Position numbers and translations under genes: made by a program. The notes under the pieces are model-generated. The model searched no databases. It was not told the origin of the DNA and worked only from the letters and a program-made list of their open reading frames with translations. Shown one piece after another: positions 1 through 6,524 of a stretch of 16,017 nt of DNA (its first letter is position 1; each line of letters begins with the position of its first letter). This DNA comes from Planctomycetota bacterium (GTDB taxonomy: Bacteria; Planctomycetota; GCA-002687715; DRQF01), in assembly GCA_027001995.1 (NCBI GenBank), contig JALTLO010000058.1, positions 14,175-30,191 on the forward strand, written 5' to 3'.

Positions 1-1
1 G

Positions 2-1231
2 CTTGAGGTATTGCAAACCTCCATCAACCCAGGCCGGATGCTCTGTCTGAGGAATGTAGAGACGTTCTTGAATGACGTGGGGCCGTTCCTGCGCCCCATC
101 GAAAGTTTGGGCCCATTCCCGAGGAGAAACGGTCCAACCCAAACAGACGTCGCGGCCTCCATAACCCAGAGCCTGCTTGATAACCAATCGGCTTTGGTTT
201 TCGATGGCGATCTGACGTAAGGGCATGACTTGTTTTGACTTAGGGGCTGTTGTTGAGCTGTCTCGCAGCAACCTTGTCCAAGGAAGGGAAGAGCGGACGG
301 CAGCCCATTCTTCGGTGGTCAGATCTTGCGGTGCAAGCTCAGGGTCACTCAGAACAGCGAAGAGCCCTTTGTGGCTCAGCAAATAGCCACCAAATCCGTT
401 TGCAACGAAGGCCAAGTTGCGCTTCATGATGTCGACTAAGGGATGGTGGTGATCGAAGGCGGTGAGAAGATCTGATGTGAGAAGCCGACGGTAGATGATG
501 TCGGCCCGGAATCCGTCGCAGTAGACCTGATTGTCATGAACCTCTAACTCTTCTGGTGTACCAATTTTACAGCGCATTCCCGTGTTTTCGAAAAGGGCTC
601 GAAAGATCTCGAATTCGCCGATAGTAGGGATACCAGCCAAATCAATGATGGCCACCTGCGGATTCTCCTGAGGGTGGATGCCATTGGCCCGGGCCCATTT
701 GTAGTAGGAATCTCTGAGGGTGCGGACGACTTCGTTGGCCACCGGGCGCCGGGACATGGAGAATTCACTTGCCAAGTCTTGAATGATGGCTAGGCCATCA
801 AAAATCCGCCCAAGAACGTCTCCATAGGCAATGCCCCCTGGACTTTCGCCATTGTATTCCAGGAAAACTGGCTCCCCTGCTTGGTTGAGGAAGGAGTCCA
901 AGCGGCCAATCTGATCGTGGTCTTGATAGCCTCCACTAACAGCGAGCAAATTTTCTTCATCTGCGGAGAACTGCAGGGCAGCCCAGATTTCCGGGGACTG
1001 CTGGGCGTGGCGGGCGGCTTTCTTGAGGGCCCGGAGGCATGTTTCCGCCCGCTCAAGGACCAACTCATACTGGGCCTTCTCCATGAAGAGAGGCTCCAAG
1101 ACTTGGCAGACGGATCGCTGGCCGTAGGTGACCCCCATCTGGAGTGCCTGCCGCTGAATTAATTCGTGGATGGCTCCCGGATCGTTCCCTTCCAACAATT
1201 GGTGGAAACGTGCTCGTACTTCTTTGATCAA
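2..1231 (-). CDS. Circularly permuted ATP-grasp (CP_ATPgrasp / glutathionylspermidine-synthase-like) amide ligase, 3'-truncated by the window edge (410 codons visible)
   Basis: Not in the ORF track. Manual translation of the minus strand from TTG at 1231 is open to the window edge: MIKEVRARFHQLLEG...DQIGRLDSFLNQAGEPVFLEYNGESPGGIAYG...VAIIDLAG...ADIIYRRLL...SHKGLFAVLSDP...LPWTRLL...RLVIKQALGYGGRDVCLG...HVIQERL. The R-x-D, E-x-N-x-x-S-P-G-G, IYRR, PWT, and LVIK..GYGG..V motifs are typical of CP-ATP-grasp/GSP-synthase-like ligases. There is an in-frame TGA 4 codons upstream of the TTG and a GAGGA SD-like motif about 10 nt upstream. The start lies 25 nt after the stop of the preceding gene. Confidence 0.88.
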   Translation of the reverse strand, partial: MIKEVRARFHQLLEGNDPGAIHELIQRQALQMGVTYGQRSVCQVLEPLFMEKAQYELVLERAETCLRALKKAARHAQQSPEIWAALQFSADEENLLAVSGGYQDHDQIGRLDSFLNQAGEPVFLEYNGESPGGIAYGDVLGRIFDGLAIIQDLASEFSMSRRPVANEVVRTLRDSYYKWARANGIHPQENPQVAIIDLAGIPTIGEFEIFRALFENTGMRCKIGTPEELEVHDNQVYCDGFRADIIYRRLLTSDLLTAFDHHHPLVDIMKRNLAFVANGFGGYLLSHKGLFAVLSDPELAPQDLTTEEWAAVRSSLPWTRLLRDSSTTAPKSKQVMPLRQIAIENQSRLVIKQALGYGGRDVCLGWTVSPREWAQTFDGAQERPHVIQERLYIPQTEHPAWVDGGLQYLK

Positions 1232-1256
1232 CTCTCTTGTTCCTCAGCTCCTCACC

Positions 1257-2186
1257 TTATTGGGACAAGAGGTGGTTCCAGCGAAGAGTCTCCTCTTCAC
1301 CTTTGCCGGTCATCGCTTTTTCGATCAAGAGATCGGCCATGGTGTCGACGGCCCAAACGAATTGATCTGGAGTTAAAGAGCTCTGATCCAGGTCTGGAGC
1401 CGAATTCATGAAATCGATGGCGTAGGGCACACCGTCACGAATGGCAAATTCGACGGTGTTCATGTCGTATCCCAAAGCTTCGTTGAGGGCGACCGCCTGT
1501 TCGACGATTTTGTCTTTTAACTCGTCAGAAAGGTCGACTTTGGCTTTGGAGTAGCGTTCATGATGAGGGAGAGATGGGTCCCAAGGGAGGACGTTGATGC
1601 GATTTTTGCCGATACAGATGCAACGGACGTATTGTTCCCATTCAATGAACTCTTGGAGCATCATGCAGAGTTGTTTGGAAGCATGGTAGGCCTCCATGAG
1701 CTCTTCCATGTTCTCGACTTTGTCGACACTCTTCCAGCCCCCTCCCCAGTGAGGTTTTAAGATGGCAGGAAAGCCGATCCATCCCATGATGCCATCCCAA
1801 TCAAGGGGATACTTGATGTTTCGCAGGCTCTCAGCCGTGATGCCCTCGACATTCTCACATTGGGGTAGAGCTAAGGTTTTCGGCACGGCGATTCCTAGTT
1901 TTTCTACCAAAGAGGTGCCGAAGAACTTGTCATCGGCCAGTTTCCAAAACGGATTGTTGACCACAACGCAGCCATTGAGGGCCGCCACCTTGAGAGTTGT
2001 TTGGTAGTAGGCAACCTCATGAGAAATACGGTCCAAGATGACGTCGTATTGGCCGCCCCAACTGTGGGGTGTGCCTTCGAACATCGCCATTTCTGCCCGA
2101 ACGCCAGCGTCCCGGTTGTTTATGTTCTCGATGAGGGCCTCAGGGAAAGATTTCTCCTGGCCAACAAGAATGCCAATCTTCTTCAT
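1257..2186 (-). CDS. ATP-grasp amide/peptide ligase (RimK / glutathione-synthetase-like family)
   Basis: 309 aa. Pre-ATP-grasp segment YDVILDRISHE...VVNNPFW..DDKFF, followed by GIAVPKT, GFPAILKPHWGGGWKSV (ATP-binding Lys plus Gly loop), MLQEFIEW, and the C-terminal metal-binding region GYDMNTVEFAIRDGVPYAIDFMN. AAGGA SD motif 8 nt upstream of the ATG. Confidence 0.9.
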   Translation of the reverse strand: MKKIGILVGQEKSFPEALIENINNRDAGVRAEMAMFEGTPHSWGGQYDVILDRISHEVAYYQTTLKVAALNGCVVVNNPFWKLADDKFFGTSLVEKLGIAVPKTLALPQCENVEGITAESLRNIKYPLDWDGIMGWIGFPAILKPHWGGGWKSVDKVENMEELMEAYHASKQLCMMLQEFIEWEQYVRCICIGKNRINVLPWDPSLPHHERYSKAKVDLSDELKDKIVEQAVALNEALGYDMNTVEFAIRDGVPYAIDFMNSAPDLDQSSLTPDQFVWAVDTMADLLIEKAMTGKGEEETLRWNHLLSQ

Positions 2187-2194
2187 GGTTTTGG

Positions 2195-2199
2195 TCCTT
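2195..2199 (-). promoter_or_regulatory. Shine-Dalgarno-like site of the ATP-grasp gene
   Basis: The minus strand reads AAGGA-ccaaaacc-ATG (8-nt spacing). Confidence 0.6.
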
Positions 2200-2271
2200 G
2201 GGGGTAAGAGGTGTGCCCTAATCCTAACCTTCTTGGCACCGCGGAACGAGACCCTGCTGGCTTCTTCCGAC

Positions 2272-2299
2272 TTGAAAACTTAGGGAGCATAGTCATAAC
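2272..2299 (+). promoter_or_regulatory. Candidate sigma70-type promoter for the moxR-bat operon
   Basis: TTGAAA (2272-2277), a 16-nt spacer, then CATAAC (2294-2299), in the divergent intergenic region. Consensus similarity only. Confidence 0.3.
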
Positions 2300-2313
2300 G
2301 TCATCGTAAACGC

Positions 2314-2349
2314 TGCCGAAGAAGATGGGCGAAGGCTCCATCTTTGGCA
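2314..2349 (+). other. Imperfect stem-loop in the leader upstream of moxR
   Basis: AAGATGG-GC-[GAAG]-GC-(T)-CCATCTT (2322-2344), closed by outer TGCC (2314-2317) / GGCA (2346-2349). Confidence 0.45.
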
Positions 2350-2408
2350 AGATATATTAACAAGTTGTTCTGGCGTACTTTACGGCCATTCACTCTGAGT
2401 CAGTCGCT

Positions 2409-3419
2409 TTGTCAGGAGTCAAAAAGAACGTGGAATTCTCTATCCAAGAAATCAACGACAAAGTCGCCGCCCAAAGCGCCTTTGTTCAAACTCTCAAAAC
2501 CGAGCTGGCCTCCGTCGTCGTTGGCCAGGAAGAGATGGTCGATGGCCTCATGATTGGGCTTTTGTCCAATGGCCATGTTCTTCTCGAAGGAGTTCCAGGA
2601 TTGGCGAAAACCCTTACGGTTTCCGTCTTGGCTCGCCTTCTGGGAACGTCTTTTCACCGGATCCAGTTCACCCCCGACCTCTTGCCCGGCGATATTATCG
2701 GCACCTTGATCTATCACCCCAAAGACGGGGAGTTCCGCATCAAGAAGGGGCCCATTTTCGCCAGCATCATCTTGGCTGATGAGATCAACCGGGCTCCGGC
2801 CAAAGTGCAGAGCGCCTTGCTGGAAGCTATGCAAGAGAAAACCGTCACCATTGGCGATGAAACCTTCTCCTTGCCAGACCCATTCTTGGTTTTGGCGACG
2901 CAGAACCCCATCGATCAAGAAGGTACCTACCCTCTGCCAGAAGCTCAGGTGGATCGCTTCATGCTCAAGCTCACTGTGGGTTATCCTACCAAGTCCGACG
3001 AGCGCAAGATCCTTGATGCTATGGCTAAGACAGAAAAGCCAACCATGCCCTCGGCGGTGGTGAAACCCGAAGACATCTTGGCGGCCCGAGCTGTTGTCGA
3101 TTCCATCTACATGGATGACAAGATTAAAGACTACATCGTTGACCTTATTTTTGCCACCCGCTCGCCAGCGGACTACAACCTCGACATTGGTCCTCTCTTG
3201 GAATACGGGGCCTCCCCCCGGGCAACCATCTATTTGACCTTGGCGGCGAAGGCCAAAGCTTTTCTTAATGGCAGAGGTTTTGTCACGCCCCAAGACGTCA
3301 AAGACATTGCACCGTCCATTCTGCGTCATCGCATCATCCCGTCCTACGAGGCAGAGGCAGAAGAACTGACTTCTGACGACATCATTGTCAAGATTCTCGA
3401 AAACGTTGAAGTGCCGTGA
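2409..3419 (+). CDS. moxR: MoxR-family AAA+ ATPase (MoxR-proper subfamily)
   Basis: Walker A GHVLLEGVPGLAKT, RIQFTPDLLPGDIIG, Walker B ILADEINRAPAKVQSALLEAMQE, ATQNPIDQEGTYPLPEAQVDRF, and lid GASPRA...LRHRI. The true start may be the in-frame GTG at 2430, which follows AGGAG at 2414-2418. Confidence 0.96.
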   Translation: MSGVKKNVEFSIQEINDKVAAQSAFVQTLKTELASVVVGQEEMVDGLMIGLLSNGHVLLEGVPGLAKTLTVSVLARLLGTSFHRIQFTPDLLPGDIIGTLIYHPKDGEFRIKKGPIFASIILADEINRAPAKVQSALLEAMQEKTVTIGDETFSLPDPFLVLATQNPIDQEGTYPLPEAQVDRFMLKLTVGYPTKSDERKILDAMAKTEKPTMPSAVVKPEDILAARAVVDSIYMDDKIKDYIVDLIFATRSPADYNLDIGPLLEYGASPRATIYLTLAAKAKAFLNGRGFVTPQDVKDIAPSILRHRIIPSYEAEAEELTSDDIIVKILENVEVP

Positions 3420-4294
3420 TCCCAAAAGAAATACTCGACAAAGTCAGGCGCATTCAGATCATGACCAGCCGCATGGTGACCGACGTCATGTCCGGTCACT
3501 ACGAATCGGTCTTCAAAGGTCGAGGCATGGAGTTCTCTGAAGTGCGCCCTTATCAGGTGGGAGACGACGTGCGTGCCATTGACTGGAATGTCACCGCCCG
3601 AACAGGAGCTCCTCACATCAAAGAATATGTTGAAGAGAGGGAACTCACCGTCATGATCCTCTTTGATGCGTCCACCTCCTTGGATGTAGGCACTGGGGGC
3701 AAGACTAAGCGTGAAGTGGCAGCGGAGCTTTGTGCCGTTCTTGCGTTCACCGCAGTCAGCAACAATGACAAAGTTGGGCTCATCGTCTTCACTGACGAAA
3801 TTGAACTCTTCGTGCCCCCCAAGAAAGGGAAGCGCCACGTCTTGCGTGTTATTCGCGAAATATTGGCCCATGAAACTCGCGGGCGAGGCACAGATATCAA
3901 AGGTGCTCTCGAATATTTGAGCCGGGTTACGAAACGAAAATCCGTAACTTTTCTTGTTTCTGACTTTCTCGACGAAGGCTACGAACGCGATCTGTCCATG
4001 GCCAAGCGCAAGCATGATCTCATTGCCATGTCGATCAGCGATCCTGCAGAAGTCGAGCTGATGAAGGTGCCAGCTTTGCTTAATCTCATTGATGCAGAGA
4101 CCGGTGAAGAGTTTGAAGTTGACGGTTGGTCTTTGGGCTTTCGCAAAGGTTATGCCGACGACACCGCCAAAGAACGGGGCAAGCGTTCTGAGATCTTCAA
4201 ACGCCGCGGCATTGATACCGTTGAGTTGCGTACTGACCGTGACTACGTCAAACCATTGATGACCTATTTCCGTGAAAGAGAGCGTCGCAAGTGA
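3416..4294 (+). CDS. DUF58 / VWA-domain protein, the usual MoxR partner
   Basis: G.YESVFKGRGMEFSEVRPYQVGDDVRAIDWNVTAR...IKEYVEERELT is the DUF58 signature. It is followed by the MIDAS-like DASTS, GTDI, and VSDF motifs. GTGA overlap with the moxR stop. Confidence 0.95.
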   Translation: MIPKEILDKVRRIQIMTSRMVTDVMSGHYESVFKGRGMEFSEVRPYQVGDDVRAIDWNVTARTGAPHIKEYVEERELTVMILFDASTSLDVGTGGKTKREVAAELCAVLAFTAVSNNDKVGLIVFTDEIELFVPPKKGKRHVLRVIREILAHETRGRGTDIKGALEYLSRVTKRKSVTFLVSDFLDEGYERDLSMAKRKHDLIAMSISDPAEVELMKVPALLNLIDAETGEEFEVDGWSLGFRKGYADDTAKERGKRSEIFKRRGIDTVELRTDRDYVKPLMTYFRERERRK

Positions 4295-5529
4295 AACGTC
4301 TTCTCCTATTAGCCCTGATCGGTATTGGCGGCCTGTCGAGTTGTAAACAAGAAGTGCTGCCACCAACAGCCAAGACCAATGCTGGGGTTTGGACTACAGA
4401 CGCCAAGCGCACTTGGGCAGCGAACCTGAGGGACGCCGGCCTCGATGAACAAGCGATCGTCGTCTACGAAGATCTCATCGCCCAGAATGATGGTCTGTCC
4501 CAGCAGGCATTGTTGGGAACCAGTGTGGTGGTGGCCGAAATTCACATGAAGAAGGGGCGCTATCAAGAAGCTCTGGCCTCCTTGCTTCGGGCTGGTCAAT
4601 TGAATCCGGAAGGAGACTTGGCCCGCAAGATCAACACATGGCGCATCACATGTTTGGAAAGACTCGGCCGCAGCGCTGCAGCGGACCGACTCTTAGATCG
4701 AGCTTCCGCCTTGGGGACATCCGGGAACAGCAATACGACTCAAGATGGGGTTGTGGTTGCGAGAATTGCAGAGGAAGACATCTATTTGTCTGAGTTGGAA
4801 ACTCTTATTGCCCAGCAAAGCCCAGAACTTCAAGAACGTATTTCCTCGAAGGGTGGCAAGCTAGAGCTTCTGAAGAATCTTGTTGCCCAACGTGTTCTCG
4901 AACGCAAAGCTCGCAAGTTGGGCCTGCAAGAAGATGACAAAGTGCAGTTTGCCATCGAGCTGGCCACCCGCGAGATCTTGGTTCGTAAGCTCATGTCGGA
5001 CGAAGTCAAAAGTAAGGTTGCTGTCAAAGAGGAAGACGCCAAGCTCTACTACGAAGCCAACAAAGAACGCTTCCGCGAGCCTCACCAGGTCGACATTGCC
5101 CAAATTGTTGTTCAAGATTTGGCTGAAGAGCAAAAAGTGCGGGAAGCGCTCAAAACCGCCAACTGGGATGAAGTTTGCCAAAAGTTCAGTCGAGACGGCA
5201 AGACCCGAGAAACTGGCGGGTGCCTCAAGGAAACTGTTGTTGAAGGTCAAAGTCATGGTGAGATCTATGATGTGCAAGGGCTTTTCGCTGCTATCGGAGA
5301 TACGAAAGCTGGTGCCATCGCCCCCAAGTCAACAAAAACTTCTTCCGGGCGCCACATCATCAAAGTCCTCAAGCGCAAGGACGGACGCACTTTGCCTTTC
5401 GACGAGGTCAAAGATGTAGCCATGCGTATGCTGGCAGCGGAAAGAGAACGGGCTGCTGTGGCAGGGATCATGCAAAAAGCTCTGAAGCAATCTGATGTGA
5501 AGATTTTTGAGGATAAGTTGGGTCAATGA
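4291..5529 (+). CDS. Lipoprotein with N-terminal TPR-like helices, a SurA/PrsA-like chaperone domain and a PpiC/parvulin-type PPIase domain
   Basis: Signal peptide with lipobox MKRLLLLALIGIGG-LSSC. TPR-like segments (VVAEIHMKKGRYQEALASLLRAGQLNP; CLERLGRSAAADRLL). PrsA/SurA-N-like VVARIAEEDIYLSEL...LLKNLVAQRVLERKARKLGL...VKEEDAKLYYEANKERF. Parvulin-like QVDIAQIVV...WDEVCQKFSRD...GGCL...KTSSGRHIIKV, then PFDEVK and a C-terminal helix. GTGA and ATGA overlaps on both sides. Confidence 0.88.
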   Translation: MKRLLLLALIGIGGLSSCKQEVLPPTAKTNAGVWTTDAKRTWAANLRDAGLDEQAIVVYEDLIAQNDGLSQQALLGTSVVVAEIHMKKGRYQEALASLLRAGQLNPEGDLARKINTWRITCLERLGRSAAADRLLDRASALGTSGNSNTTQDGVVVARIAEEDIYLSELETLIAQQSPELQERISSKGGKLELLKNLVAQRVLERKARKLGLQEDDKVQFAIELATREILVRKLMSDEVKSKVAVKEEDAKLYYEANKERFREPHQVDIAQIVVQDLAEEQKVREALKTANWDEVCQKFSRDGKTRETGGCLKETVVEGQSHGEIYDVQGLFAAIGDTKAGAIAPKSTKTSSGRHIIKVLKRKDGRTLPFDEVKDVAMRMLAAERERAAVAGIMQKALKQSDVKIFEDKLGQ

Positions 5530-6524
5530 AGAATTTCATCGAATTCATTTCGCTGCTCTGCTTATTCGCTGTCGTGAGTTGTACTGACTCTGGGGTGGCG
5601 ACCAAGGACAAAGAAGAAACTCCTCGGTCTTCTGGGCCGAAGATTGAGGTCTCAGCTAGCGTGGATAAGCCCCAGGTCGATATTGGCGCAAGGGTGAAGT
5701 ACCGGGTAGAAGTCAAGTTTCAAGAAGGGGTAGAAGTTGATTGGCCTCCGATCTTCGAACAGCTTGATGGCCAAATCGTTTATGACATAGGCATCTGGAC
5801 GGAGGAGGATCCAGTCGGCGTCTATCGTATCCGCAGCATGACAGTTGTTCTGGACCCTGGCATTGATGAAGTCTTGTCGATTGCACCGACGGTTATTCGT
5901 TGGCGGGAGAGTGCTGATCAGGTTTGGGAGGAAATTGCAACGGACGCAATTACTGTCGAGGTGGTGAGTGTCAGTGAAGGGGCTCCCGAGCTTCAGGAAC
6001 CACTTGATACTTTCGAAATGCCCCTTGCCAAGGAACAGACCGAAAAGAAGGATGGTAAGACAGCCCTGATGATTATCGGCATTGCTGTTGCTCTCTTGAG
6101 CGCTGCAGCGTTCTTTATGTTCCGCAAACGCAGGCAGAAACCGGTGCCCACCTTGTCTCCAGAAGAGATCGCTACTCAAGAGCTGGACCACTTAGAAAGC
6201 CTTGATCTCTTGTCGCAAAAGCGCGTCAAGGAATTCTACTATCGTTTGACAGCCATCATTCGGCGCTACATCGAACTCCGCTTCGGAATCATGGCGTCCG
6301 AGCAAACTACCGAAGAATTTCTCGCCTCCATGAAGAACGATGACCGTTTGACCGCTGACGAGAAGGAGATCCTCCAAGGCTTTCTTTCCACCGCTGACTT
6401 GGTGCGCTATGCCCTCCATGAACCCCCAGTAGCGGAAGTGCAGGCATCGATGGTGATGGCCAGAGGATTCGTTGATCGTACTCCGGCGGCGGAGGAAAAA
6501 GAGGAGGTGAGCCATGCGCTTTGA
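5526..6524 (+). CDS. Bat-operon membrane lipoprotein: BatD-like Ig domain, TM helix and cytoplasmic helical domain (DUF4381-like)
   Basis: Lipobox-like FAVVSC at residue 19. BatD-like beta region VSASVDKPQVDIGARVKYRVEV. TM helix ALMIIGIAVALLSAAAFFMF followed by RKRRQK (positive-inside rule). C-terminal KEFYYRLTAIIRRYIELRFG...EQTTEEFL...ADLVRYA, as in the gene that usually precedes batA. Confidence 0.85.
   Translation: MKNFIEFISLLCLFAVVSCTDSGVATKDKEETPRSSGPKIEVSASVDKPQVDIGARVKYRVEVKFQEGVEVDWPPIFEQLDGQIVYDIGIWTEEDPVGVYRIRSMTVVLDPGIDEVLSIAPTVIRWRESADQVWEEIATDAITVEVVSVSEGAPELQEPLDTFEMPLAKEQTEKKDGKTALMIIGIAVALLSAAAFFMFRKRRQKPVPTLSPEEIATQELDHLESLDLLSQKRVKEFYYRLTAIIRRYIELRFGIMASEQTTEEFLASMKNDDRLTADEKEILQGFLSTADLVRYALHEPPVAEVQASMVMARGFVDRTPAAEEKEEVSHAL
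6502..6510 (+). promoter_or_regulatory. Strong Shine-Dalgarno sequence for batA
   Basis: AGGAGGTGA directly upstream of gccATG (6514), inside the 3' end of the previous gene. Confidence 0.75.

Noticed and set aside
11..1411. Short ORFs in the track (11-220, 544-768, 790-1068, 881-1162, 1166-1411, 1170-1376), and the idea that this region is non-coding or a pseudogene
   Set aside because: All overlap the uninterrupted minus-strand CP-ATP-grasp frame (2-1231) or the ATP-grasp gene; I found no frameshift or stop in those frames.
2233..2250. TTGGCAC as a possible sigma54 -24 element
   Set aside because: There is no TTGC/GC at the required -12 position (the sequence continues CGCGGAACG).
2412..3425. 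337-aa antisense ORF spanning moxR
   Set aside because: It mirrors a highly conserved gene, has no recognisable motifs, and is explained by codon bias on the sense strand.
3344..4366. 340-aa antisense ORF spanning the DUF58 gene
   Set aside because: Shadow ORF with no domain features; the sense gene is unambiguous and coupled to its neighbours.
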